The notes under the pieces: model-generated | The model's database searches: none | Told to the model about the DNA's origin: nothing | Seen by the model: the letters and a program-made list of their open reading frames with translations, nothing else | Program-made: the position numbers and the translations under genes | Origin: Octopus sinensis | Lineage: Eukaryota | DNA length: 17,662 nt | Direction: 5' to 3' | NCBI RefSeq assembly: GCF_006345805.1 | Contig: NW_021824794.1 | Coordinates: forward strand, 1 to 17,662 | Part shown: positions 1 through 10,411 of the stretch, piece by piece | Layout: each line of letters begins with the position of its first letter | Numbering within the stretch: position 1 is the stretch's first letter

Positions 1-59
1 AGTCGATAGAAACGCTAACAAGGGTCAAGCAACCTTCCTCAGAACATACCTTATTGTTG

Positions 60-81
60 ATATACATATATTATATATATT

Positions 82-132
<51 letters not shown>

Positions 133-166
133 ATATAGATATATATATATATATATATATATATAT
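60..166. repeat. (TA)n microsatellite
   Basis: Direct reading; source of the spurious YIYI ORF. Confidence 0.95.
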
Positions 167-167
167 G

Positions 168-277
168 GATACCGGAGTAAACAATAATGTGAACCAAGGT
201 GGAAAAAAGAGTACTCAAATACCAGTGGTAGAGTAATATGCTTTATTTAAAGCAACAGAGAAAATTCAACAAAACCT
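168..277 (-). mobile_element. Penelope-like pseudo-LTR fragment, truncated just before its hammerhead motif
   Basis: ctttatttaaagcaacagagaaaattcaacaaaacct matches 15288-15322 (ctttattcaaaagcagcaaaaattcaacaacagct), which continues into an HHR motif. AATAAA is on the minus strand. Confidence 0.55.
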
Positions 278-458
278 CTGTATATATATGTAAATATTTT
301 TGTGATTATCATTGTGTGTATGTGTGGGGCTCTATGTTAAAGATAGTTTCCCAACTGCATATTTCGAGTTCAATCTCATTGCGTGACGCAAGTAACACAG
401 TAAAAGAGTAAAGAGTAATATAATATATATATATAATATATATATACTTCAACAAAAC

Positions 459-497
459 CTGTTACTCTGAGTTTCCAGTTGCCGTTAATCGGGACAG
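459..497 (-). ncRNA. Degenerate minimal type-I hammerhead motif (PLE-type)
   Basis: Reverse complement reads ctgt-cccgatta-acg gcaa ctg-gaaa-ctc a gag-ta-acag; same family as 15321-15358. Confidence 0.5.
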
Positions 498-512
498 TTT
501 TTGTTAGAAAAA

Positions 513-550
513 CTTGTCGATGAACGGCAACGAGAAACTCAGAGTAACAG
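513..550 (+). ncRNA. Degenerate minimal type-I hammerhead motif (PLE-type)
   Basis: cttgt-cgatga-acg gcaa cga-gaaa-ctc a gag-ta-acag; GUA cleavage triplet at 544-546. Confidence 0.55.
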
Positions 551-561
551 GTTTTGTTGAA

Positions 562-599
<38 letters not shown>

Positions 600-602
600 A
601 TA

Positions 603-633
<31 letters not shown>

Positions 634-810
634 TATATTACTCTTAACTTTTACTCTGTTACTTGCGTCACGCAATGAGATTGAACTCGGAAATATGCAG
701 TTGGGAAATAATCTTCTAACATAGAGCCCCACACATACACACAATGATAATCACAAAAATATTTACATATATACACATACACCGATTGAATATAAGAGTA
801 TATTGCACAG

Positions 811-1194
811 GATCTAGCGAGGATGAGCTGGAACTGAACGACAACACCACCAACACTAACACCACCACCACCACCAGCAACACCACCAGCGCCACCATCG
901 GCAAATAGAACAACGACAATTACCACAATATCATATTTAAGATCCACTCGTTTTCCGAAATACCATCTCAAAATATATAAGCTAAATACAGTTGACGTTT
1001 GGACGGCCGTCTGTTGCTTGAAGGTAAGAACGCAATTTACAGTGTCTACGCGATCAGAAGTGACCCGTGGCTAAACAGAATCAACAACAAGAACAACAAC
1101 AACATCAGCAATAATAAGTGCCAATAATAGCATCAACAGCAGCAGCTGTAACAACAACAACAACAACGAGCAGAAGAACATCTCAGAAATCGCC
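811..1194 (+). other. Possible 5'UTR exon region rich in ACC/AAC/AGC triplet repeats
   Basis: Higher-GC island between TA tracts. Weak acceptor (tattgcacag) at 810, AAG|gtaaga donor at 1023/1024, and it leads into a Kozak-like gccATG. Confidence 0.3.
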
Positions 1195-1209
1195 ATGTTT
1201 GTCTATACG
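1195..1209 (+). CDS. Candidate first coding micro-exon (MFVYT), phase-0 intron follows
   Basis: gccATG context, then ATG TTT GTC TAT ACG|gtaagt (consensus donor). No homology evidence. Confidence 0.35.
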
Positions 1210-1399
1210 GTAAGTGAAATGTTGGAGATAGTATATATCTTAACGTTAGTCTCCCGCTAAATGACGGTGCATATAATTACTACGTACATATTTCTGTCTG
1301 TCTGTGTAGTCAGCATGGAGACGGAGGTATGTGTGCGTGTGCGGGGATTTAACAAAATAAATCAAAATTCTAAATATTATAGATTTCTTTTTTGAAGTA

Positions 1400-1990
1400 T
1401 GTGCGTAATATGTGTATGTGTGGTATACGTGTGTGTATCTAAAATTATATATATGTATGTCTGTATGTCTGTATGTATGTACGTATATATATTATATACA
1501 TATATATATATTATATATATATTATAAATTTATCTCAATTAAATACACACACACGCACTCACACACACACAATCAAACATTCATAAAAGAATGTACACAG
1601 CCCATACACACTTTAGACACCTCTGTATATAAGCATTACACGCATTTGTATATAAATATGTAATACATATATATATATATATAATATATATATAATAAAA
1701 TATTTATTATATATGTATATATATATGTATACATGTTATCTATATATATATTGTATATTATATATATATTACATTTATATGTATACATATGTGTATATAT
1801 ATGTATATATACCATAAGTACATACATTAAGTTACGTATTGAGGTCTATATATTATATGTATGTATGCATGAATGTACGTATGCATGCATGTATGTATGT
1901 ATGTAAGCGTGTATGTATAAGTCTAAATGGATATATGCGTGTGTGTATATGAGTACAACATTGTGGTGTGTGTGTTTATTCGTGTTTGTT
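1400..1990. repeat. Mixed TA/TG/CA/TATG low-complexity microsatellite field
   Basis: Direct reading. Confidence 0.9.
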
Positions 1991-2088
1991 TTTGTGTACG
2001 TGTTGATGTGCGCATTTGTGTAGTCATGTGCGTGTTGTGCGATTTCTGATACCGGTTTTCCAAAGGGAGAGGAGAGAAGAGAAAGAAA

Positions 2089-2123
2089 AACAACAACAAC
2101 AACAACAACAAGAACAACAACAA
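2089..2123. repeat. (AAC)n microsatellite
   Basis: Direct reading. Confidence 0.9.
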
Positions 2124-2327
2124 AATAACAGAATCTTTCCATTTATTTATCTGCAAATATGATTATCCTAATATGTATATTATTGAAGCATCAAACAGAA
2201 ATTATCCGATGATACGATACGAGTGAGGATTAGAAATCGATGAAAAGATAGATCGGGGGAAAACGTGTGTGGGACGGCACGAAAGATAAAAAAAACACAC
2301 ACACAGCTATTTTACACCGATACCATA

Positions 2328-2330
2328 GAC

Positions 2331-2369
<39 letters not shown>

Positions 2370-2806
2370 ACATATATATATATATATATATATATTTATA
2401 TTATATGTATATATATACATACATATATATAACCACACATTTATGTACGTATATAGTGTAATATATATATATGTATATATAGATATGATATATATATGTA
2501 ATATATATTTAGATAATTATATATATTTAGATATGTATATATATAGATATATATGAATATGTATATATATATATATAATATAGAAATATATATATATATA
2601 TATTATATATGTATATATATGTATATAATCCATATATACATATGTATATATATATATATATACATATTCATATATATATATATTTATACATGTATAATAT
2701 ATAATATGTATATTACATATTCATATTATATATATTTATCATGTATATCTATATCTATATGTATATATTCATATTCTATATATATATATACATATTCATA
2801 TATATC

Positions 2807-2841
<35 letters not shown>

Positions 2842-2892
2842 TATATATATATACATGTAATATTATATATATTATATATATTTATATATGTG

Positions 2893-2932
<40 letters not shown>

Positions 2933-2945
2933 ATATATATCTATA
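2328..2945. repeat. Long degenerate (TA)n microsatellite
   Basis: Direct reading. Confidence 0.95.
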
Positions 2946-3319
2946 AATGCATAAATACGTTAATACGCAACAGAAACACAGTTAATCATGAGTTAGAAAG
3001 AAGCTGAAAGTCGAAAAAGTCGAAAATAAAATGGCGGCTAAAGCAGTTAGCTCAATTGGGGAGGTTCGGCAGGACTTTGTAGCTTTCCCTATACCCGCCA
3101 AAATGGAAGTGAACCATTGAAGCGATGCCTAATTTTCGCTCATTATTCTCTGTATAGAGGAGTTTACAAACGCATCTATGAAGATATCGGGAGTATATTG
3201 GTGTATTGGTGCTTCCATATTTTATTCTATTCAAACTTGCAGCTATCGTTTTTTTCTAGACTTCCTGTCGTTTCTTGTTAAATCGTAAAATTGGAGAAAA
3301 AACATCTATAATTTCACAT

Positions 3320-3915
3320 GCGCACACCAAACATATAAACACACAAGCACTCTCACACTCACACAAACAGACGCACAGACACACACAAACACACACATGC
3401 GCACACGCACGCTCGCACACACAGTTGCAGATATATACAAATATAAACTCTCACTCTCACTCACACATTTTATCTTATATCTCCGTCGGTTTCCCCCTCT
3501 CTCTCTCTCTCTCTTCTTCTCTCATATACATGAATTCATACATACATATACATATATATACATACATATATGTGAGTGTGTGTGTGGTGCACATACATAC
3601 ACGTTTACATACACATGTACATATATATATTATATATATTATATATTATATATATTTATATATGTATATCTGTATATATATATATATATAGATATATATA
3701 ATATATATATATATATAATATATATATATCTATATATATGTGTACACATACAGATGTCCAAAAACGTCCTTATCTGTATACTTACATATATCTGTTAATC
3801 TATTAGTATGTGTATATTCGAGTATGTGTGCGCAGGAATATATTTATGTATGCATTCATGCGTATATATACATGCTTATATACGCAGATACATACGCGCA
3901 TATAGACACGTATAT
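3320..3915. repeat. Mixed CA/CT/TA microsatellite field
   Basis: Direct reading. Confidence 0.85.
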
Positions 3916-3991
3916 GTCTGGCGCTACTGGATGCGTTTTGTATCTAAACAGATTGGCTTCTTATATTCTCTGAGATAGGTCAATTGATGCG

Positions 3992-4041
3992 GACACCTCT
4001 GACGAGACCTCAATAAGGGTCGAAAATCGATTGAGGCTGTT
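3992..4041 (+). ncRNA. Minimal type-I hammerhead ribozyme motif with canonical core but G at the cleavage position
   Basis: Stem I gacacct/agg(c)tgtt; CUGACGA 3999-4005; stem II gacct-caataa-gggtc 4006-4021; GAAA 4022-4025; palindromic stem III AAUCGAUU 4025-4032; N17 = G4033. Confidence 0.75.
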
Positions 4042-5003
4042 CATTATTTTTTTTCATTCAACACGGAAATAGTTAGCTTTGCCATGATTATATGTCTGCT
4101 ACATAGACTGACTTATATTATGTCATACCTTGTTATTGTGTTGACTGAGATACCTGTCAACGAGTAGCTTATCTACATAGATAAAAGCGAAATTCTGTCT
4201 GTCTGTCTGTGACTCTTATATCTCAGTGTACATTTGGTCTACAAAGACATATTATACCTTTTTAGAATCGGGAGGATCTCTGGAGCGAAAATCCGCACTT
4301 TATTTGGTTCTTGACCATCCAGCATTGGGGTCTGATTTAAAAGCATTTGGGTTGCTGTTTCTAGTAGGTAAAATTTGACCGATCCTCTCCATCTTGGTTA
4401 GCGTTTGTCAGAGGACGTCAGAAACCAAGGGAGAGAGAAATGACATTCGCTTCGTTACTTTAACGTCAAGATAAGAACTTTGGGACAAATTGGGCAACAG
4501 TCGGAATTCGACTTCGGGCAGGAAGAATAGAATGGTTACATTACAGAATTAATTCTCATTCGCCCTTAACGTCTGATCAAACACTACTGGAGTATATTTT
4601 CATGACAGACGTATTGCAGTCATGCTGTTTAGCTCTCTTTAGTTTGGGACTACAGACCAAATATCTTTCTGTACGAGCTAGAATGAAGGTCTGTACGGAG
4701 TGCGGGTTTTGCGCTGGTATCAAATAAAGTGAAGGAAGCTTAATGTATGCAAATTGCTAACTTCAATTCTTTGAAGCTATTGGTTTTGTTGTGTATATAA
4801 ACAATTTGGCTGCCTATGTTTGCTGAGTTTGGTCAAGGGAAGTACACTCCTGTGATGGAACCCAGTAAGAGTGGACGGGTGTCCAGCATTTATTAATCTA
4901 TAGGGAAATAGTTAAATTTACCATTTTTGTATCTCTACTACAAATTGGCAGTTTTGTGGGTCTGTGTGTGTGTTCGAGTTCTTTTTGCGCATCCTTTTCT
5001 TCG

Positions 5004-5088
5004 CCTGAGGTAGATTTATTCGACTAACTCTGCAATTCGATGCTCCAGCGTGGACGCAATTGAATGACTGAAAGATATAAGAGAGAAG
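5004..5088 (+). mobile_element. Old 3' tail fragment of SINE family A
   Basis: tgctccagcgtggacgcaattgaatgactgaaa resembles the family A tail tgctccagcatggccgcagtcaaatgactgaaa. Confidence 0.6.
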
Positions 5089-5407
5089 TGATGTAATGGT
5101 TCGAAATTAATTACGATAATTACAGACATTTAATGGAGAATTCAATAATAAATAAGTTAAGAATCTTTAAAGATTGAAATTTATTGGAATTATAACCAAA
5201 CGAATGCATCTTATCTCGATATGATGGAAGCTGCAATGGCCTTATGTTTCCATAGTAACTAATTAAAACCAAAGAAATTGAAACTGGCGTGAGCGATCGA
5301 CTGGAGAAGCAGCATGTTAAAGCCAAACCAGTTGTGACTACCACGAGAGACGGAGCGGCGAATCCACTAAGTTCTGGGAAAAAATAAAAGATCAAAGGCG
5401 ATGCACG

Positions 5408-5473
5408 AGGCATGGCTGGGTGGTTAAGAGATTCACTTGGCAAACACGTGGCTCCGAGTTGGGTCCTACTGAA
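5408..5473 (+). mobile_element. Diverged tRNA-like head fragment, family A-like
   Basis: tggctgggtggttaag...cacgtggctccgagttgggtcctactg resembles 14764-14821. Confidence 0.45.
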
Positions 5474-5484
5474 CAACAACAGCA

Positions 5485-5816
5485 GGAGGCGCAATGGCCC
5501 AGTGGTTAGGGCAGCTGACACGCGGTCGGAGGATCGCGGTTTCGATTCCCAGACCGGGCGTTGTGTGTGTTTATTGAACGGAAACACCTAAAGCTCCACA
5601 AACTCTGCTGTACTCTTTCACCACAAGTTTCTTCCTGTTTCTGTTATACCTTCAGTTCAAAGGGCCATCCTTATCACAATCTGTATCACTCAGAGTCTCC
5701 CCGAGAACTACGTTAAGGGTACACGTATCTATGGAGTGCTCAGCCACTTGTACGTTAATTTTACGAGCCCGTTAATTTTTCGAAGCCCTCCTCGTCGTAA
5801 CCGACGGAATGCCACG
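5485..5816 (+). mobile_element. tRNA-derived SINE (family C head with family D-type tail)
   Basis: A box tggcccagtgg, B box gtttcgattcc. Head matches 17300-17412(-); 3' half matches 7800-7980(+) and 16497-16650(-). Confidence 0.85.
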
Positions 5817-5831
5817 AGAATTTTTCAGAAA

Positions 5832-6045
5832 GGACGGAGAGCTGGCCGAATCGTTACCACGGCTGGGAAGATATTTACCGGTTTTTGAGTCCGTCATTAC
5901 TTTCTGAGTTCAAATTCCGTCGAGGTTGACTTTGCCTTTAATCATTTCGGGGTCAATTAAATAAATACCAGTTGAACATAGGGGGTGGATGAAACATACT
6001 CTCACTCTCCCCTGAAATTGCGGGCCTTGTTACAAATTTTGAAAC
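5832..6045 (+). mobile_element. SINE family B, short-tail variant, diverged
   Basis: gagctggccgaatcgtta...gagttcaaattcc...ggccttgttacaaattttgaaac; matches 12218-12423. Confidence 0.8.
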
Positions 6046-6047
6046 TA

Positions 6048-6394
6048 TTCTCTTTACTCTTTACTTACTTGTTTCAGTCATTTAACTGCGGCCATGCTGG
6101 AGCTCCGCCTTTAGTCGAGCAAGTCGACCCCGGGACTTATTCTTTGTAAGCCCAGTACTTATTATTTCGGTCTCTTTTGCCGAACCGCTAAGTGACGGGG
6201 ACGTAAACACACCAGCATCAGTTGTCAAGCAACGCCAGGGGGACAACACACAGACACACAAACACACACACAACATACATATATATATTATCCATATATA
6301 CACAGGCTTCTTGCAGTTCCGTCTACCAATCCACTCACAAGGCATTGGTCGGCCCGGGGCTATAGCAGAAGACACTTGCCCAAGATGCCACGCA
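6048..6394 (-). mobile_element. SINE family A, 5'-truncated (no tRNA head)
   Basis: Highly similar to 15401-15808; internal TA/CA microsatellite; AAGAGTA-type tail. Confidence 0.9.
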
Positions 6395-6854
6395 TCAAAA
6401 AAAACATCGTGACTCCAAAATCAAGAGACAAAACACGAAAATGGCACCTTCCCATAAAGTCATGACGGCGTAGAGAAAACTAATAAATGTGAGTGACTAA
6501 AATTATAAAATAATGTCCATCTTTAAAGCTTTGTAACTTTTATTTATTATCAATTTCTCAATAAAATGGTTGCGATATTTCACAATTGTCATGAAAAAAT
6601 ATAGCTGACTAGAAAATTTCCAATTAATTCCAAAGAAATGTGGTAATCAGAAATGATCCCGAAACAATATTAAAAACTGGAAAAAGAAAAAAAAAAAAGA
6701 AAAATTAAGTAAAGATTGGAATTAAATTCAGATTAGATTAAGTTATAAAGAACGGCTGAAATATTTAATTAAGTTAGTAATACTAACGTATGTTAATAAA
6801 GTTGAGAATTTTCGTTAACGAAATAAAATGACAGTTATTAAACAGAAGGATAAA

Positions 6855-6930
6855 ACTTACACTAGAATGGTATGAGCAGTCTTAAAACATATCTTGGAGA
6901 TCTCATCCCACCAAGAAACAGCTCTATGGA
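6855..6930 (+). pseudogene. Decayed RTE-clade-like LINE ORF fragment
   Basis: Translates TYTRMV*AVL, frameshift, NISWRSHPTKKQLYG. Resembles the recalled post-RT motif YTRMLR..LNISW..HPT...LYG of RTE-type LINEs. Confidence 0.65.
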
Positions 6931-7538
6931 GGCGGTGAGCTGGCAGAAACGTTAGCACTCTGGGTGAAAGGCAGACGAAATCCCTATTTCTTTAATAGCC
7001 ACAAGGGGCTAAACACAGGTAGGACAAACAAGGACAGACAAACGGATTAAGTCGATTATATCGACCACAGTGAGTAACTGGTACTTAATTTTTCGACCCC
7101 GAAAGGATATAAGGCAAAGTCGACCTCGGCGGAATTTGAACTCAGAACGTAGCGGCAGACGAAATACCTATTTCTTTACTACCCACAAGGGGCTAAAGGC
7201 AGAAGGGACAAACAAGGAGAGATAAACGGATTAATTCGATTATATCGACCCCAGTACGTAACTGGTACTTAATTTATCGACCCCGAAAGGATGAACGGCT
7301 AAGTCGACCTCGGCGGAAATTGAACTCAGGATGTAGCGGCAGACGAAATACCTATTTCTTTACTACCCACAAGGGGCTAAACACAGAGAGGACAAACAAG
7401 GACAGACAAACGGATTAAGTCGATTATATCGACCCCAGTACGTAACTGGTACTTAATTTATCGACCCCGATAGGATGAAAGACAGTCGAAATACCACTAA
7501 GCATTTCGCCCGGCGTGCTAACGTTTCTGCCAGATCGC
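6931..7538 (-). mobile_element. SINE family B multimer: minus-strand head plus ~3 tandem 184-bp units, with an inverted 40-bp head at the left end
   Basis: Units start (gcagacgaaat) at 6971, 7155 and 7339. Head (-) at 7486-7538; head (+) ggcggtgagctggcagaaacgttagcac at 6931-6970. Confidence 0.9.
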
Positions 7539-7667
7539 TTTCTATGAACGACAGAATAAGGACAGACCTTATGAAAAGTTATGCCGACAACCAACACACG
7601 CCATAGACCTTCATTTACCTACTACAAGCCAAAGACTTCATTTTAATCTTGATAGACTGGAAGGGAA

Positions 7668-7980
7668 GGAGCCTGGATTAATGATTAGGGAATTTGGCTC
7701 ATAATCGTAAGGACATTCCCGACGGCGCGTTTTGTCCTTGAGCAAGACACTTCATTGCACGTTGCTGCACACCACTCCGCTCGCAACATTAAGTAGTACC
7801 TGCATTTCAAAGGGTTATCTCTGTCGCATTCTGGGTCACGCTGAATCTCCCTGAGGACTACGTTATTAAGGGGACGTGTGCTTGTGGACTGTTCAGCCAC
7901 TTGCAGGTTAATTTCACGAGCAGGTTGTTCCGTTGATCGGATCAACTGGAACCCATGTCATCGTAATTGAGGAAAGCAAC
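7668..7980 (+). mobile_element. SINE family D (tRNA head plus gtccttgagcaagacact CORE/V-like box), diverged
   Basis: Collinear with 16497-16784(-); tail caggttgttccgttgatcggatcaactggaaccc. Confidence 0.8.
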
Positions 7981-8085
7981 ATGAAAGCGAATGCCTTGCT
8001 CAAGGTCACGACGCGCAGCACAATCAAGTAATTGAACCGACGGTATTGTGATCGCGAGTCACACACTATAACCACTACGCCATAC
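7981..8085 (-). mobile_element. SINE family D-like 5' fragment
   Basis: ccttgctcaaggtcac...ttgaacc...taaccactacgcca is the reverse complement of a tRNA head plus central box. Confidence 0.65.
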
Positions 8086-8131
8086 AACTGGATTTGAATT
8101 TTATCTATTTATTACAAGTTATTCCTACATC

Positions 8132-8317
8132 ACATAAGGGGCATCAGCCATCTGAATGTGGCTAGGGACAGGGCGGGGTGGTGGGGGTGTTACTGATGCA
8201 TTTAGCCCCAGGCGATCATCGACGTCACCAGGAGGGCTGACACCATAATGCATCAGTAACACCCCCACCACCCCGCCCTGTCCCTAGCCACATTCAGATG
8301 GCTGATGCTCCTTATGT
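8132..8317. repeat. 71-bp near-perfect inverted repeat with 44-nt spacer
   Basis: Arms 8132-8202 and 8247-8317 differ at one position (a G-U pair when the plus strand is folded). Confidence 0.95.
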
Positions 8318-8740
8318 TATAGAGCAGTTACTGTTTATATCTCGTTTAGAGATTTATTATTGTATTCCTACATCGTTTTTACTTTAATAAAACTGTCTAG
8401 AACTAGCCTTCTGAATGGCGGTTGTCATATTCACATAAAAATAGTAAAATTTTGTGATAGACAAGAAGGAATCATAGAAATGAGACTTTGTCTGATAAAT
8501 TCATCATCTTCGGATTTAAATTTGTTTAAAGATTAACATCTGGTTATTTCTCCAGCGTATAGCATGTGTGTTGCACCTGTACCTTGAGGGTCGATTTGTA
8601 ATTTTCTGTTAATAAAGATTCTGGAGATAATCTTCGATAGATGAGATGTTTTTCGAAAATTTTTGTTTGAAATTTTTTTTTTATGAAGTGGTTGTCTGTA
8701 TGCCTAATGTTTCTTGTAGTGTGCTGTGTTCTGCATATAC

Positions 8741-8745
<5 letters not shown>

Positions 8746-8789
<44 letters not shown>

Positions 8790-8800
8790 GACACACACAT
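8746..8800. repeat. (CT)n(CA)n microsatellite
   Basis: Direct reading. Confidence 0.95.
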
Positions 8801-8880
8801 ATCGGTGTATGAGTGTGTATGTCTATATATAGATCACAAAAGAGACATATAAACCTATGTGCATACATGTGCGTATATAT

Positions 8881-9098
8881 CTTTACTGTTTTTTACTCTT
8901 TTACTTGCTTCAGCCATTTGACTGTGGCCATGCTGGAGCACTGCCTTTAGTCGAGCAAATCGACCCCAGGACTTATTCTTTGTAAGCCTAGTACTTATTC
9001 TGGTGATCACTTTTGTCGAACCGCTAAGTTACAGGGACATAAACACACCACCATCGGTTGTCAAGCGATGTTGGGGAACAAACACAGACACACACGCA

Positions 9099-9140
<42 letters not shown>
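8881..9140 (-). mobile_element. SINE family A 3' half, truncated in the internal (CA)n
   Basis: Matches 15403-15635. Confidence 0.9.
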
Positions 9141-9306
9141 ACGTTAGTGGCCGCGGTAAATGAAAGACGGAAGGTGGAAGGAAAAGAATTTTATTAATCA
9201 GGACAATTGTTTCGACGCGTCTAGTATTGATCCCCCAAGGCTGGCATACGTAACCACTGGTTAGTGATCATCCGATGGGGGAGATGTACCTCTTCGGGGG
9301 ATAATT
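9141..9306 (-). mobile_element. Possible PLE pseudo-LTR with a degenerate long-stem-II hammerhead-like motif
   Basis: Minus strand: CCGAAGA, long hairpin, GAAA-caattg-UC, then AATAAA. Stem I pairs poorly. Confidence 0.35.
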
Positions 9307-9412
9307 CGGTAAAAAGCACTTCCGCAATGTATCTTCTCATGAGAGACATTCAACATCTTTGGCCAATTTTGTGTGGCGACTGAAACTGAAGGAAGATAAA
9401 ATTAAGTATAAG
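9305..9412 (+). pseudogene. Penelope-like GIY-YIG-region ORF fragment
   Basis: FGKKHFRNVSSHERHSTSLANFVWRLKLKEDKIKYK resembles the recalled PLE motif SFR....STxLSxyIWxLK. Confidence 0.45.
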
Positions 9413-9650
9413 TCACTTCATAGTAAGGCACATATTATTGAGAATGACTTCGAAGTCACTCTCAAAAATATTATATGCGCGCGCACACAAACACATAGAT
9501 GAAAAAATACACATTTGTTTTAAACGACTAAAGAAGGCAATAATAAATCTCTGTCGTGTAAAACAAATCTTCTTTTTTCATCTTTTCTTTTTCCATGCAT
9601 ATTCAACCACGTGGTATTAACAGCCATACTTTCTGCCTCATATAGATATA

Positions 9651-9798
9651 AGTATTTCGCCTGGCGTGCTAACGTTTCTGCCAGATCGCCGCCTTAATAA
9701 ATGTATTATATTCGTTTCTACTCTAGGCACAAGGCATGACATTTTAGGGGATGGGGCCAATCGATTAGCTCCATCCTAGTATGCAACTGGTACTTAAT
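9651..9798 (-). mobile_element. Two SINE family B fragments (head 9651-9693; short tail ~9715-9798)
   Basis: tttcgcctggcgtgctaacgtttctgccagatcgccgcc; ggcacaaggc...gcaactggtacttaat. Confidence 0.8.
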
Positions 9799-9801
9799 AA
9801 C

Positions 9802-9863
9802 TATGTACGTATGCATGTATGTATGTATGTATGTATGTATGTATCTATCTATTTATCTACTAC

Positions 9864-9918
<55 letters not shown>

Positions 9919-9946
9919 CCTATCTATCTATCTATCTATCTATCTA

Positions 9947-10002
<56 letters not shown>
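9802..10002. repeat. (TATG)n(TATC)n(TGTC)n compound microsatellite
   Basis: Direct reading. Confidence 0.95.
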
Positions 10003-10003
<1 letters not shown>

Positions 10004-10411
10004 ACTCTTTACTCTATACTCTTTTACTTGTTTCAGTCATTTGACTGCGGCTATGCTGGAGCACCGCCTTTAATCGAGCAACTCGACCCCGTCACTTATT
10101 CTTTGTAAGCCCAGTACTTATTCTATCGGTCTCTTTTGCAGAACCGCTAAGTGACGGGGACATAAACACACCAGCATCGGTTGTCAAGCAATGCTAAGGG
10201 GACAAACACGGACACACAAACACACACACATACATATACATATACATATATACGACGGGCTTCTTTCCGTTTCCGTCTACCAAATCCACTCACAAGGCTT
10301 TGGTCGGCCCTAGGCTATAGTAGAAGACACTTGCCCAAGGTACCACGCAGTAGGACTGAACCCGGAACAATGTGGTTGGTAAACAAGCTACTTACCACAC
10401 ATCCACTCCTG

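Larger units (their letters stand above)
279..775. repeat. Large inverted repeat (arms ~279-502 and 508-775, 5-nt loop)
   Basis: tgtgattatcattgtgtgtatgtgtggggctctatgtt is the reverse complement of aacatagagccccacacatacacacaatgataatcaca. Arms differ by small indels and TA-tract length. Confidence 0.95.

Noticed and set aside
974-995. TATA box and initiator upstream of the candidate first exon
   Set aside because: TATA-like words are ubiquitous here and the spacing is too short.
4393-4430. Hammerhead-like motif on the minus strand (cttggtt...ctgacg...aaacgct...aaccaag)
   Set aside because: Both core segments deviate and no stem II can be formed convincingly.
5256-5388. Coding-looking stretch KTKEIETGVSDRLEKQ...GKK* after a ttccatag acceptor
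   Set aside because: The frame begins with TAA right after the AG; it is short and has no recognisable homology.
5485-5560. tRNA gene (also 14754-14825 and 17340-17412)
   Set aside because: A and B boxes are present but run straight into SINE bodies; no convincing cloverleaf or terminator.
6971-7480. CRISPR-like or retrozyme array
   Set aside because: Units repeat in full with no unique spacers, the context is eukaryotic, and no hammerhead core was found on either strand.
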